DNA of 64,000 nucleotides from a virus (taxonomy: Duplodnaviria > Caudoviricetes). Location: positions 1 through 64,000 of the IMG/VR virus record IMGVR_UViG_2690315872_000001; one strand, given 5' to 3'. Shown in pieces: positions 1 to 9,519 of this stretch (positions are counted from its first letter, which is position 1; each line of letters starts with the position of its first letter). The translations under genes were made by a program, and so were the position numbers. Under the pieces are notes generated by a model. That model had not been told where the DNA came from, made no database searches, and saw nothing but the letters and a program-made list of their open reading frames with translations.

Positions 1-22
1 CCTCCCCCACGAGATCTACGAG

Positions 23-226
23 ATGGTCGAACAGTGGTTCACTGATCTGACCGCCTTCATTCGCAGCAGGGGGCGCAAGGACTTCACCTGGGAAATTCCC
101 CTGAATCGGCCCTGGCCCCTCCCGGAGCCCACTGTCGTCAGCAAAACCCACCGGATCGTCACGTTCACCCAGGTGGACCTGAAGGCCATGCCGCCGAGCA
201 CGGCAAACGAGTGGCCCGCCCGGTGA
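23..226 (+). CDS. Hypothetical protein, probably 5'-truncated
   Basis: Frame is open back to the window start. Stop overlaps the next start (GTGA). Confidence 0.6.
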   Translation: MVEQWFTDLTAFIRSRGRKDFTWEIPLNRPWPLPEPTVVSKTHRIVTFTQVDLKAMPPSTANEWPAR

Positions 227-432
227 CCGCTGCCCTGACCGAGGCCGAGCGCGCCCTACTCGCCCTGATCGGTCAGGGCCTGAACACGCTGGAGATCAGC
301 CGGACCCTGAACGCCAAGCCGTACACCATCGACCGCCGCACCGCCGCGCTGCGCCGCAAGCTCGGCGCGGCCGACATCGCGCAGTTGCGCGAGATCGCCC
401 AGCGCCACCTGCGCGCCCCAGGAACCCCATGA
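223..432 (+). CDS. LuxR/GerE-type HTH protein
   Basis: LTEAERALLALIGQGLNTLEISRTL...TIDRRTAALRRKLG matches the LuxR C-terminal HTH pattern. GTGA coupling at 223. Confidence 0.85.
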   Translation: MTAALTEAERALLALIGQGLNTLEISRTLNAKPYTIDRRTAALRRKLGAADIAQLREIAQRHLRAPGTP

Positions 433-857
433 CTGACCCCGTCCGCACCCGCCTGGAAGGCGAACTGCTCAACGCGTACCAGCGCATCAACGAACTCGAA
501 GCCATGCATCGCCTCGCCAGCCACCAGACGTCCCTCCTGAAGCCGCGGCAACCGCGCTGGCCCGTTCGGCTCCTGTGGGGCGGCTGGCCCACCCGCCTGC
601 GCCTCGACCGGATCGGCCGCCCCGGCAACGGCGCCGCCTGGATCGCCCGCTGGAGCGCCGACCAGTGGTACGCCGTCATCCGGTACGTCCGCCTCGGTCC
701 GGTCATTCTCGAGTTCGGCCGCCGTCCCGACCTGGACGCCGCGCGTGAGAAGGAACTCGCACTGTTCCGCCGCCTGCACGGCAGCGCCCGCCCGAACGCC
801 GAGCAGCGCCTCGCGTCCCTCCGGCGGCACCTGGACTGGGTCCGTGATCATCACTGA
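429..857 (+). CDS. Hypothetical protein
   Basis: ATGA overlap with upstream gene, GC3-rich codons. Confidence 0.65.
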   Translation: MTDPVRTRLEGELLNAYQRINELEAMHRLASHQTSLLKPRQPRWPVRLLWGGWPTRLRLDRIGRPGNGAAWIARWSADQWYAVIRYVRLGPVILEFGRRPDLDAAREKELALFRRLHGSARPNAEQRLASLRRHLDWVRDHH

Positions 858-1116
858 CCGGGTCATTCAGGACGTCCGGATCCGCTGGCTGGAACCCACC
901 GACGCGGCCGCCCTGCGCGCCATCGACCACGTGATCCGCAAGGGCCGCACCAGCCCCGCCGGGCGCACCACCCGCTACACCCTCGGCACCCGCCACGTGC
1001 ACGTCCTGGACGGCGTGGCCACCAAGGCGTACGTCACCGGGCAGAAGCGCGTCCGGACACTCTCCGCCGCCGCCTGGTTCGAAGGCCGCGAGCGCGCCCA
1101 CTGGAGAAGAAGATGA
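844..1116 (+). CDS. Hypothetical protein
   Basis: GTG at 844 in the 745..1116 frame. Stop overlaps the next ATG. Confidence 0.55.
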   Translation: MIITDRVIQDVRIRWLEPTDAAALRAIDHVIRKGRTSPAGRTTRYTLGTRHVHVLDGVATKAYVTGQKRVRTLSAAAWFEGRERAHWRRR

Positions 1117-1580
1117 CCCCAGCACCCACTGACCTGCTTGCCCACATCAGCCTGAAGACCGACGGCAAACGCGGTGAACTTCTCATCGACGGGCAGCCTG
1201 CCCGGGGCGCGACACACGTCCACCTCGACGCGCCCGGCGGTGAACTACCCCGCGTGACCGTCACGCAGGTCGCCGGGCACGTCCTGTTCCAGGGCGAGGC
1301 CATCATCCGCCGCGTCACGGAGATCTTCGGTCGGCACGGCGCCCAGCTGACCGAGCAGGCGCCGGACACCGACTGGGAACGACGCGCGCAGGCCCTCCTC
1401 GCCGACATTCTGCCCGTCATCCGCGACGGCCTCGATAACGCCAACGAGGTCATCGCTGGCCTGAACGTCGCGCTGCCCGGCCTGCCCGAAGGGCACACCG
1501 CCAGCTTCCTGTACGTCCTGCACCCGCCCATGGCCAATCAGCCCGCCCAGATCAGCCTGGTCGAGGCCGCCCATGACTGA
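1113..1580 (+). CDS. Hypothetical protein
   Basis: ATGA coupling, upstream GGAGAAG. Confidence 0.7.
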   Translation: MTPAPTDLLAHISLKTDGKRGELLIDGQPARGATHVHLDAPGGELPRVTVTQVAGHVLFQGEAIIRRVTEIFGRHGAQLTEQAPDTDWERRAQALLADILPVIRDGLDNANEVIAGLNVALPGLPEGHTASFLYVLHPPMANQPAQISLVEAAHD

Positions 1581-1968
1581 GCTGACCCTGTTCGCCCTGA
1601 GCGTCTACATATGGGGTTTCATCCGCGTGCTGCGCCACCCCGAGCTGCCCCGTTCCGGAGAGCGCATCGCGAAGAGCCTGACCGGCGCGGGCATCGGCGT
1701 GGAGGGCCGCGCCCTGCTGCGCGCGCTGAACGCCACGGCCTTCATGACGCCAGTCGTGCTGCTCGCAGAGGCGGGCCTGCGCGTGGCTGGACTGTCCAGC
1801 GCCCCCGCCTGGCTCCTGCTGGCGCTGTACGCGCAGTGGGTGTACGCACTGCACGTCACCCCCACCCCAGGCAGGCAGAGTCAGGTGTACACCGTGACGA
1901 TCGTGCTGCTGAGCGCGGGCCTGCTGGGCGAGATCGTGCAGTTCATCGACCTGATGAGGGCCCAGTGA
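1573..1968 (+). CDS. Small multi-pass membrane protein
   Basis: Three to four hydrophobic segments. Confidence 0.7.
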   Translation: MTELTLFALSVYIWGFIRVLRHPELPRSGERIAKSLTGAGIGVEGRALLRALNATAFMTPVVLLAEAGLRVAGLSSAPAWLLLALYAQWVYALHVTPTPGRQSQVYTVTIVLLSAGLLGEIVQFIDLMRAQ

Positions 1969-2147
1969 CGTCACAGGTCGGCGCCCAGGCCGACCTCGTC
2001 ACCATCCTCCGCTGCGGCACCCGCGCCGCCATGACGCCCGCGCAGATCGAGGCGGCCGTCGCCCGGCAGGTCGCCAGCAGTCAACGCCTCGCCGGGGAGG
2101 ACCTGACCCAGGCGGACATCCTGCGGATCCTGCGAGGCCCCAGGTGA
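1965..2147 (+). CDS. Hypothetical protein
   Basis: GTGA coupling at 1965. Confidence 0.5.
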   Translation: MTSQVGAQADLVTILRCGTRAAMTPAQIEAAVARQVASSQRLAGEDLTQADILRILRGPR

Positions 2148-2223
2148 CCCGCGCCCTCCTCCGCGCCCTGCTGGCCCGCCTCAACCGCCGCCCCACCCGC
2201 ACACCCGCATCCCGGAGGCGCTG

Positions 2224-2505
2224 ATGACGACCGACCAGGAACTGAACGCCCGCCGCGACCTCGTCGCCTACCTCGCCGCTGCGCATCCCACCCTCAGCGA
2301 CATGCGCGCCATCTGGACCGCCGCCGGGGGGCACGTCAGCGACATGCCGGACGTCGGCGATAGCCCCATCTCCCGCTGGTGGACCGTGCTGACCCGCGTC
2401 GAAGCTGGGCGCCTCCACCCTGAGCGGTTCGCGCAGGCCATCCATGACGCCCACCCCGGCGACCCGACAGCCGCACTCGACACGCTGGGCTGGTGTGCCC
2501 GTTGA
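2224..2505 (+). CDS. Stand-alone effector-associated domain (EAD1)-like protein
   Basis: GGAGG RBS. LVAYLAAAHP...IWTAAGG...P...SPISRWWTVL...EAGRL...AIHDAHPGDP resembles the EAD1 pattern by eye. Confidence 0.55.
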   Translation: MTTDQELNARRDLVAYLAAAHPTLSDMRAIWTAAGGHVSDMPDVGDSPISRWWTVLTRVEAGRLHPERFAQAIHDAHPGDPTAALDTLGWCAR

Positions 2506-2708
2506 CCGCCCCCACTGCCGCCTGCCTCATCTGCGGGACGTCCATTCCCGCGCGGCCCTCCGGGCGTGACCTGCGCGCCCGCCTGTGCCACCCGTGCCTC
2601 ACCGCCCCCGGCCTGCGCACCCATCCCCGGTACAGGGCGTTGAGCGGTTCGGTCAACGCCCTGTACGAACCCATCGAGGACCCCCATGAACGACCCGCAA
2701 GCGAATGA
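2502..2708 (+). CDS. Small CxxC...CxxC zinc-finger protein
   Basis: CLIC...CHPC. TTGA coupling at 2502. Confidence 0.55.
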   Translation: MTAPTAACLICGTSIPARPSGRDLRARLCHPCLTAPGLRTHPRYRALSGSVNALYEPIEDPHERPASE

Positions 2709-3093
2709 ATTCTGGCAGGCCGTCGACGAAGGTCACCGGCGACTCGGTCGGGGTCCGGACGACCCGGCGCTTCTCGTCATGACGCCCGCCACGCATGCCC
2801 ACCTGACTCAGCTGGCCGCCGCCCGCTCGATCAACCTCGACAGGATTGAGGTGGAGACCGATCCCGCCGCCCCTGCGGACGGCGTGATGATCGTCACGCA
2901 CCGGCAGATGAAGGCGTACCGCGCGGCCCGCAGCCGGGGCGCCGCCCCTGCCCTCGCCTGCTACGAAGGTGCGTTCCGGCAGGCCGTTCCCAACGCCCCT
3001 GATCACGATTGGACGCTCGTGGGCACGCCGACAGAGCCTACCGAGCCCAGCGCCATCCGCCCGTCCCGCCGCCGCTTTCCCATCCCCCGCTGA
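2686..3093 (+). CDS. Hypothetical protein
   Basis: GAGGA RBS, operon position. Confidence 0.6.
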   Translation: MNDPQANEFWQAVDEGHRRLGRGPDDPALLVMTPATHAHLTQLAAARSINLDRIEVETDPAAPADGVMIVTHRQMKAYRAARSRGAAPALACYEGAFRQAVPNAPDHDWTLVGTPTEPTEPSAIRPSRRRFPIPR

Positions 3094-3101
3094 GGACCCC
3101 C

Positions 3102-3518
3102 ATGCTGAACCTCGACCCGCGCCCGCTGTTCGCCCGCTGGCAGGCCCGCCGCGCCCTGGCCCGCATCAGCCCATACCACCGCGTCCTGCACGCCCTGGCG
3201 ACCGGCTGCACGTACCCGCCCAGCATCGCCGCGCTGTACCGCCTGACCCTCACCGAGGTGGACGACGAGCTGCGCGCCCTGGAAATCCAGGGACTCGTTC
3301 GGCCCCAGCGGTCCCGCCCGGGCGCGCTGGTCGCCACCTGCACCCGGTACGTCCTCACGGGCACCGGTGACCGGCACGCGGCGTACGCCCTCCTGCCGGA
3401 CCTCGCGCCCGGCACGCCCGTCGGCTGGCAGGGCGAGCACCTGTGCATCAAGCCCGGTCAGCACCCGCTGCCCGTCGCGCAGTTCACGCCCCTCGCCGCC
3501 CTGCTGGAGCGCGCGTGA
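3102..3518 (+). CDS. Hypothetical protein with possible winged helix
   Basis: GAGGA RBS before ATG 3102. Contains IAALYRLTLTEVDDELRALEIQGLV. Confidence 0.6.
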   Translation: MLNLDPRPLFARWQARRALARISPYHRVLHALATGCTYPPSIAALYRLTLTEVDDELRALEIQGLVRPQRSRPGALVATCTRYVLTGTGDRHAAYALLPDLAPGTPVGWQGEHLCIKPGQHPLPVAQFTPLAALLERA

Positions 3519-3961
3519 CGGTCGCCAGACCCCCGTCGGCACAGCGCCTGCCGTGGCTGCTCACGCCCCCACGCGTGGGTGAGCAGCCGCCGGCGGACCT
3601 CGACACGCCGTTCACGGTCCAGGCGGGCCTCGTGGTCGTCACCGGCACGATCACGTTCACGCTGCTGCCCGGCATGACCTGGCCCGGCACCCAGCAGATT
3701 CCGGAGGCCATCGCCAGCCGCGCCCTGAGTGGCGGCCTGCTGTTCCTGGCGGGCACGTCCCTCACCGCCCCCACCAGCGAGGACCTGCGCCGCGCGCTCA
3801 CTCCGCTTATCGTGCACTTCCTGCAGGCCGTCCCCACGCGCGACGCCCACCGCGTCCTGGCCGCACTGACCGGCGTGACGGTCGAGAGCGCCGTCGACTT
3901 CGGCATCCTCTTCAACGTCAGCCGCGAGACGGGCGGCCGCGCCCTCCGGAGTACTCCATGA
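3515..3961 (+). CDS. Hypothetical protein
   Basis: Coupled by overlaps on both sides. Confidence 0.55.
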   Translation: MTVARPPSAQRLPWLLTPPRVGEQPPADLDTPFTVQAGLVVVTGTITFTLLPGMTWPGTQQIPEAIASRALSGGLLFLAGTSLTAPTSEDLRRALTPLIVHFLQAVPTRDAHRVLAALTGVTVESAVDFGILFNVSRETGGRALRSTP

Positions 3962-4668
3962 CCCACCCTGAACCTGCCCGCACTGACGTCAGTGCGCCCG
4001 CCCCCCTGACCGCCCCGATCGCCATCGGCGACGTGCACGGCTGCCTCGTGGAACTCGACGAGCTGCTCGAGCAACTCCCCCCAGACCGCCACCTCGTGTT
4101 CCTCGGGGACTACGTGGACCGGGGGCCGGACAGTCGCGGCGTCCTGGCCCGCGTCCGCGCGCTCGTCGAAGCGGGCCGCGCCACGGCCCTGCTCGGCAAT
4201 CACGACGAGATGATGATCAACAGCCTCCTGAACGCCGACGAGGGCGCCCGCGAGATCTGGCTGCGCAACGGCGGCCAGGCCACCCTCGACAACTACACCA
4301 GTGAAGCCGAGGCGGCCCAGGACGCCCTGTGGATGCAGGAGCACCTGCACCCGCACGTCACCATCGGCCCGGTCCTGTTCAGCCACGCCATGCGCCCCGA
4401 CCCGACCGGCCAGGACGTCCACGCGCACCTCTGGGGCCGCCCCAACACCGCCGACACACCCTTCTACCCACTGCCCGAAGGCGTGACGCACAGCGTGCAC
4501 GGGCACACACCCATGATGTACGGCCCCACCTGCCTGCAACCCAACGACGGGACCGTCGCCGTGTTCATCGACACCGGCTGCGTGTTCGGCCGGACCCTCA
4601 CCGCGATCGACACCGCCACCTGGGCGGCCCTGAGCGTCCCCGCCCGGCCCGCCACCCCCACCCCCTGA
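3958..4668 (+). CDS. Calcineurin-like metallophosphoesterase (lambda NinI/PrpA-like Ser/Thr phosphatase)
   Basis: [23 protein letters not shown] and IDTG motifs. Confidence 0.93.
   Translation: MTHPEPARTDVSAPAPLTAPIAIGDVHGCLVELDELLEQLPPDRHLVFLGDYVDRGPDSRGVLARVRALVEAGRATALLGNHDEMMINSLLNADEGAREIWLRNGGQATLDNYTSEAEAAQDALWMQEHLHPHVTIGPVLFSHAMRPDPTGQDVHAHLWGRPNTADTPFYPLPEGVTHSVHGHTPMMYGPTCLQPNDGTVAVFIDTGCVFGRTLTAIDTATWAALSVPARPATPTP
3979..3996. repeat. 18-bp palindrome copy 1 (CGCACTGACGTCAGTGCG), inside CDS
   Basis: Perfect palindrome, encodes RTDVSA. Confidence 0.9.
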
Positions 4669-4682
4669 AAGGACCCAGCGCC

Positions 4683-5057
4683 ATGTCCCGTACCAGCTGC
4701 CCCGCCATCCGCGCGCGCGTCGAGCAGTACCTGCGCGGCCACCGCACCGTCCACCCGACCGCCGTCGCCACCGCCCTGAAGATCACCCGGGACGAGGCCG
4801 CCATCGCCCTGAACGACCTGCGCCGCGCCGGACAGGCCCGCCGGTTCATCCTGTTCAGCCACGCCACCGACCGCCCCGAAAAAGTCGAGGAGCCCGGCCG
4901 TACACCCAGCGCGATCATGCAGCGCCTCGAGTACGCCCACTGGGACCCCGAGACCTTCCACGCGAACGCCGCGGCCGACATCCGCGCCCTCCTCATCCGC
5001 TGCGGCTTCCCACCCAACGACGCCCCGCTGGAACGCCCCGGTGTAGACTCACCGTGA
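4683..5057 (+). CDS. Winged-helix-like hypothetical protein
   Basis: AAGGA RBS. Contains PTAVATALKITRDEAAIALNDLRRAG. Confidence 0.6.
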   Translation: MSRTSCPAIRARVEQYLRGHRTVHPTAVATALKITRDEAAIALNDLRRAGQARRFILFSHATDRPEKVEEPGRTPSAIMQRLEYAHWDPETFHANAAADIRALLIRCGFPPNDAPLERPGVDSP

Positions 5058-6199
5058 TGCCCAGCGACCCGCCCACCGCCCCCGCGCCGCCGCTGGACGA
5101 CAGCGCCGCCCAGCTCATCATCGAAGAGCAACGCGGCCGCCCCAGCTACCGCACCCTCCTGCAACTCGCGCACCAGGGCTGGGACGCCCGCGCCGCCAGT
5201 CGCGACGCAGACGAGTCCCTCGCGTGGTTCGACGAGGCCACCCCCGAGAACGACCCGGGCCGCGCGCGCGCCCAGCAGGCCGCCGAGCAGGCCAGCGCCA
5301 CCCTCACCGACCTGAACCTCCAGGCGGCCGCGCACGCCCGCCGCATGATCCGCGCCCTGAACGTCCCCCGCCCGCACGTCGACCCGCTCGTCCGGCGCCT
5401 CCTCCAGACCGCCGAGCACGAAATCACCCTCCGGCCCCTCCGCGCCGCCCAGCGCCGCCCCGCCCCCGGCGACGCCGTCAGCGCCCGACCCACCGCGCCC
5501 ACCCTCACCGTCGAAGAAGCCCACATCGTGCAACTCCAGCGGCAGGAGCAGAACGCCGTCGCCGCCGCGTTCCTCCGCCCCCGCGAGCGCGACAGTCACC
5601 TCGGCACGACCGCCGACCCGGACACCACCACCCTGCTCGAAGCGGAACAGGACCGCCACCGGCACGCCCTCCTCGCCGCCCGGTACATCCTCACCGGCCC
5701 CGAAAGCCTCGCCCGGCACCACGCGCAACTCGCCAGCGACGCCGAGGACACCTACCAGACCATCAGCCGCGCCATCAACCGCGCCCGCCTCCACAACCGC
5801 GAAGGGCTCATGTTCCAGGACGGCGACCGCTGGACCGCCCGCCTCCCCGACCACGACGACCCCGACCAGGCCCGCCCCGCCCCATTCGCATTCCACCTCG
5901 ACCTCCGCTGGGCCACCGGCGGCCTCGCCCTGCAGGTGGAACCCGGCAGCGCCGCGCACCTCGAACGCACCACCGGCATCCGCGTCGGGCAGGGCTGGGC
6001 CAGCCTCGCCCGCTGGATTCACGACGAGCACGCCCGGCAGCAGGAGAGTGGCGGAGGCAGCGGCCGCCGCGCCCCCCTCGACCAGCTCATCTGGCGCGAG
6101 AACGACGGACACCTGCGCCTGCGCACCGGCCTCGACCGCGAGTACCCAGGCCTGATCGCCGCGCTCGAAGCGCTCCGCGTCACCCTCCGCCCCGCCTGA
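5057..6199 (+). CDS. Hypothetical protein (about 380 aa)
   Basis: Long ORF with strong codon bias. TAGACT box 7 nt before ATG suggests a leaderless start. Confidence 0.75.
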   Translation: MPSDPPTAPAPPLDDSAAQLIIEEQRGRPSYRTLLQLAHQGWDARAASRDADESLAWFDEATPENDPGRARAQQAAEQASATLTDLNLQAAAHARRMIRALNVPRPHVDPLVRRLLQTAEHEITLRPLRAAQRRPAPGDAVSARPTAPTLTVEEAHIVQLQRQEQNAVAAAFLRPRERDSHLGTTADPDTTTLLEAEQDRHRHALLAARYILTGPESLARHHAQLASDAEDTYQTISRAINRARLHNREGLMFQDGDRWTARLPDHDDPDQARPAPFAFHLDLRWATGGLALQVEPGSAAHLERTTGIRVGQGWASLARWIHDEHARQQESGGGSGRRAPLDQLIWRENDGHLRLRTGLDREYPGLIAALEALRVTLRPA

Positions 6200-6210
6200 C
6201 CCACCCCAGG

Positions 6211-6228
6211 CGCACTGACGCCAGTGCG
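6211..6228. repeat. 18-bp palindrome copy 2 (CGCACTGACGCCAGTGCG), intergenic
   Basis: One mismatch, just before the RBS of 6243. Confidence 0.88.
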
Positions 6229-6242
6229 CTCACAGGAGTCCC

Positions 6243-6581
6243 ATGACCCAGCCCGCCAGGATCCACGTGCACGCCACCCTCCACCTCGAAGTCCGCTCTC
6301 GCGGTCCCCGCCCTGGCCAGCCGCACCGTGAGCAGCGCGTGTACACCAACACGGTCCCCGCAGACCCCACCCAGCCCGAGCCCTGCATCCTCCACATGGA
6401 GCGCCAGGTGCAGCACGCCGGCGGAATCAGCCTCAGCACCTGGACGTGGACGCCGGAAAGCTACGATCTCGACGCCCGCACCAGCACCTTCCGCGAGAGC
6501 CTGAAAGCCAGCGACAAACTGCTCGAACACCTGGAGCACTTCGGCTGGACCCGCCGCCCCGACCTGGAGGGACCCGCGTGA
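6243..6581 (+). CDS. Hypothetical protein
   Basis: CAGGAG RBS. Confidence 0.65.
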   Translation: MTQPARIHVHATLHLEVRSRGPRPGQPHREQRVYTNTVPADPTQPEPCILHMERQVQHAGGISLSTWTWTPESYDLDARTSTFRESLKASDKLLEHLEHFGWTRRPDLEGPA

Positions 6582-7147
6582 AAGACCAGATCATCCGTGA
6601 AGCCCACGCCACGCTCCTGCTCATGCTGCGCGGCGCCGCCCTCGTGCGCACCGGAAATGCTGTGTGGCTTCTCCAGGGCGAGACCCGCTCCAGCGTGTTC
6701 ATCCGCACGTACCGCGCCATGCGGGAACACCAGTGGATCAGCAACGCCCAGCTCAGCCGGGACGTCAAAGACGCCGAGCACTGCACCCTCACCCCCGAGG
6801 GCCGCGCCGTCGCCCAGGCCGCCCACGAAGCCGAGTACCGCGACCAGCTGGGCCTGCCTGCCCTGCGCACTGCCGACCGGGGCGGCACGCACCTGCCCGT
6901 GCTGATCGTCCGCCCCCACGACTTCAAGGGCCTGCTGGAGTACAGCTACTCCCTGCCCACCGGGAAGATCATCGGCAAGCGCTGGAAACGCTGCCTGCTG
7001 CGCTACCAGGACAACCCCGCCGAGGTCGCCGACCTGAAGAACTGGGTGATCGGCGAGTACTCCCGCCTGTCTCCCGACCACCCCGGCGAGATCGACATCA
7101 CCTGGTACGCACCGGAGTACGAAGCGGCGCCGGTAGCCCCGCGATGA
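6578..7147 (+). CDS. Hypothetical protein
   Basis: GGAGG RBS, GTGA coupling. Confidence 0.65.
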   Translation: MKDQIIREAHATLLLMLRGAALVRTGNAVWLLQGETRSSVFIRTYRAMREHQWISNAQLSRDVKDAEHCTLTPEGRAVAQAAHEAEYRDQLGLPALRTADRGGTHLPVLIVRPHDFKGLLEYSYSLPTGKIIGKRWKRCLLRYQDNPAEVADLKNWVIGEYSRLSPDHPGEIDITWYAPEYEAAPVAPR

Positions 7148-7398
7148 CGGCCGTCACCTTCAACTTCGACGAGCCCAGCCTGCACGCCCTGCACGCCATG
7201 AGCCGCCCCGGCGCACCTGAACCCCTGGCTGAGACCGTCACGGACTCCCTCTTGATCCTGCGCACCCTGCAAGGCCTCGTGGCGCAGGGCTTCACCGATC
7301 TGATCGTCCGCCTCCCCAGGACTGGCCAGGAACGTCAGATCATCGCCCCCGGCCTCACCCGCATCGCCCAGCGAAGAGGACCCCCACATGACTACTGA
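7144..7398 (+). CDS. Ribbon-helix-helix-like small protein
   Basis: N-terminal VTFNF strand followed by two helices. ATGA coupling. Confidence 0.55.
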   Translation: MTAVTFNFDEPSLHALHAMSRPGAPEPLAETVTDSLLILRTLQGLVAQGFTDLIVRLPRTGQERQIIAPGLTRIAQRRGPPHDY

Positions 7399-7903
7399 TC
7401 ACGCCGCCCCAGTTGTGTCCGAAACCGACGCCATCCACACGCACTTCGGCCTCTCGTACGCCACGCACCTCGTCATGCCCCGCACAATCCTGCAGAGCAT
7501 GCCCGACTGGTGGCAGCAGGACTTCGTTCGGCTCCTGCACCTCTACGACCACGCGTGCAGTGGCCTCCCGGAAAACATGCAGGACGTGAACTACCGCGTG
7601 CAGACCGGTGAGTGGCGCGAGCCGTGGCAGGTGGACGACGACACCCTCAAACGCCTCGGCTGGAGCTACGGCGACGAGGACGACACGGACGCCACCGCAG
7701 ATCCGCAGGACGAGGAAGACCCTGACGAACCGCTCCGCACCGTCATCTACGACCCGGAAGGCAACGAGCACAGCATCGACACCGACTGCGTGTTCGTGCC
7801 CAACCGCGAAGACCCTATCCCGTACTACTGGCGCGGCCGGACCCGCCTCCCCCTCGCCCCCATCAGTCGCACTGACGTCAGTGCGACTGAGGACGACGCA
7901 TGA
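7388..7903 (+). CDS. Conserved-looking phage hypothetical protein
   Basis: IHTHFGLSYATHLVMPRTILQSMPDWWQ. GAGGA RBS. Confidence 0.7.
   Translation: MTTDHAAPVVSETDAIHTHFGLSYATHLVMPRTILQSMPDWWQQDFVRLLHLYDHACSGLPENMQDVNYRVQTGEWREPWQVDDDTLKRLGWSYGDEDDTDATADPQDEEDPDEPLRTVIYDPEGNEHSIDTDCVFVPNREDPIPYYWRGRTRLPLAPISRTDVSATEDDA
7863..7890. repeat. Palindrome copy 3, extended to 28 bp (TCAGTCGCACTGACGTCAGTGCGACTGA), inside CDS
   Basis: Perfect 28-bp palindrome, core at 7868-7885 encodes RTDVSA. Confidence 0.9.
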
Positions 7904-8094
7904 CCGACCAGGAGCGCATCGCCAAACTCGAAGAGGAGAACGCCCTACTCCGCCGCAAAGTCGAGAGCCTGGAGCAATGGGCCATGAAGATCGGCCCGAT
8001 CCTCAACCGCCTTCAGGACGTCGCCAAAGACCAGAACAGCCCATACGCCAACCTGTTCAGCGGCCTGCGGAACCTGAACGGGCGGAAGTCCTGA
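7900..8094 (+). CDS. Small coiled-coil protein
   Basis: RIAKLEEENALLRRKVESLE. ATGA coupling. Confidence 0.7.
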   Translation: MTDQERIAKLEEENALLRRKVESLEQWAMKIGPILNRLQDVAKDQNSPYANLFSGLRNLNGRKS

Positions 8095-8095
8095 C

Positions 8096-8425
8096 ATGAC
8101 CGCTGAACCCCGATACGTCATCACCCCACAACCGTCTGGGGAGCTTCACGTGCAGGACCGCATCGCCGAGCATGCCGTCGCGATCTACCCGCCCAGCCCG
8201 GAGTACCCCGGCATTCCCACAGCTCAACAACTCGCTGAGCATCTTGCCGAGCGACTCAACCACCTTGACAAGCAGGAGCAGCAGCGGCAGGCCTACGTCG
8301 CTGCTGTCCAGCCGTGGCTGAATCAACTCTCCGTGTCCGACCTGGAAGACTTCGCCAGAGCCCTCCAGAAAAGCGGCCCCAGTGCCACATTCCGGGACGT
8401 CTGCTACACCCAATTTCGAGACTGA
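8096..8425 (+). CDS. Hypothetical protein
   Basis: Directly follows the previous stop. Confidence 0.6.
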   Translation: MTAEPRYVITPQPSGELHVQDRIAEHAVAIYPPSPEYPGIPTAQQLAEHLAERLNHLDKQEQQRQAYVAAVQPWLNQLSVSDLEDFARALQKSGPSATFRDVCYTQFRD

Positions 8426-8447
8426 ATGAGAGTGCCCGGCCTGAGCG

Positions 8448-8476
8448 TTGACAATTCCGTCAGAATACCGCACAAT
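8448..8476 (+). promoter_or_regulatory. Sigma70-type promoter
   Basis: TTGACA (8448) - 17 bp - CACAAT (8471). Confidence 0.7.
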
Positions 8477-8517
8477 CTCTTTACTATCGACTTCGTGTCT
8501 TGAAACCAACCCACCCA

Positions 8518-8545
8518 GAAGCCCCCGCACCGCCGGGGGTTTTCT
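8518..8545 (+). terminator. Intrinsic terminator or attenuator hairpin
   Basis: GAAGCCCCCG-CACCGC-CGGGGGTTTTCT. Confidence 0.65.
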
Positions 8546-8561
8546 CGTGTCAGGAGGCTGC

Positions 8562-8951
8562 ATCATCCCCAAGAAAGCCGCCCGCCCCCGCCCCTGGCAC
8601 GACAGCGCCCGCACCCTCACCCCGGACGCGTTCTACCTCCAGCTGCGTACGTGGCCCGACCAGCTGCTCACCGACCGGCAAACCGACGCCGAGCACCTCC
8701 CCGAAGACCACCAGGCGTACCTGCGCGCTGAACACGAGTACCGGCAGCGCAACGCCCACCGTGACCCGTGGAGCACCGTGTCCACCCTGTACAGCCTGCA
8801 GGCCTGGACCACGCACCTGAAGACCTGGACGCGCAGCCGCCTCCAGCAGGCCCAGGCGCACGCCAGCAAACTCCCACCCGAGTACGCCGCCGCCCTGACA
8901 GAGCAGTACCAGTTCCGCCGCGACCGCTGGTGGATCAAAGACACCGACTGA
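8562..8951 (+). CDS. Hypothetical protein with an internal two-fold repeat, apparent ATC start
   Basis: CAGGAGG RBS followed by ATC ATC. Two repeats of W...L.TW...L......LP.....L..E..[YF]R. Confidence 0.55.
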   Translation: MIPKKAARPRPWHDSARTLTPDAFYLQLRTWPDQLLTDRQTDAEHLPEDHQAYLRAEHEYRQRNAHRDPWSTVSTLYSLQAWTTHLKTWTRSRLQQAQAHASKLPPEYAAALTEQYQFRRDRWWIKDTD

Positions 8952-8962
8952 CCGAGGTGCCC

Positions 8963-9208
8963 GTGAGCAACATCCCGTTCGACCCACCCCGACCCAGCAG
9001 TCCCGCCCCCGACCTTACCGGCGACCGGGACCTGGAAATCTGGAACGCCGTCATGTGGGCCTACCACGGTGGACATATCACCCCCGCGCAGGGCAGCGTC
9101 GCCATGCAGATCCCCACCGCGCAGTTCCCGCGCTCCTACACGGTCTGGCACCGTCAGATGATTGGTGGCGACCCACAAGGACCCGAGCGTCAGCAGCAAC
9201 GCCGCTGA
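8963..9208 (+). CDS. Hypothetical protein
   Basis: GAGGTG RBS, GTG at 8963. Confidence 0.55.
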   Translation: MSNIPFDPPRPSSPAPDLTGDRDLEIWNAVMWAYHGGHITPAQGSVAMQIPTAQFPRSYTVWHRQMIGGDPQGPERQQQRR

Positions 9209-9214
9209 TCCCCT

Positions 9215-9515
9215 CCCGCTGGAATGGTTCGCGCCAGCACCCGTGTCCGCAAGGCGCACGGCGAGAGACGACCCGCAACGGCAACCGGCCGGTGCCGCTG
9301 CGCGCCGAGGAGAGGGCCACGCCACATCGAGGGCGTCCGCCTCGGCTCAATTTCCAGAGGACCCACGCGTCCCCTGGGTTCTGACTGCCCAGCGTCGCGC
9401 CTGGGCAGCTGTCAACGGTCCACCTGAACCCGCGTAGCGCATCAGGGAGGGGCAAGTGCCCCGCAGCAGACCCCCAACCGGGTGCGCCCATGGCGCGGGG
9501 GGAAGAAAGCCTGGC
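9215..9515 (+). ncRNA. Candidate structured non-coding RNA upstream of the tRNAs
   Basis: No convincing ORF. Dense helices: CTGGAA/TTCCAG, GCCGAGG/CCTCGGC, AGGACCCA/TGGGTTCT, TGCCCAG/CTGGGCA, CCTGA/TCAGG, GGGGC/GCCCC. Confidence 0.4.
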
Positions 9516-9519
9516 CAGT

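Noticed and set aside
1965-1974. GTGACGTCAC palindrome as another copy of the 18-bp motif
   Set aside because: Only the central TGACGTCA matches and the arms differ.
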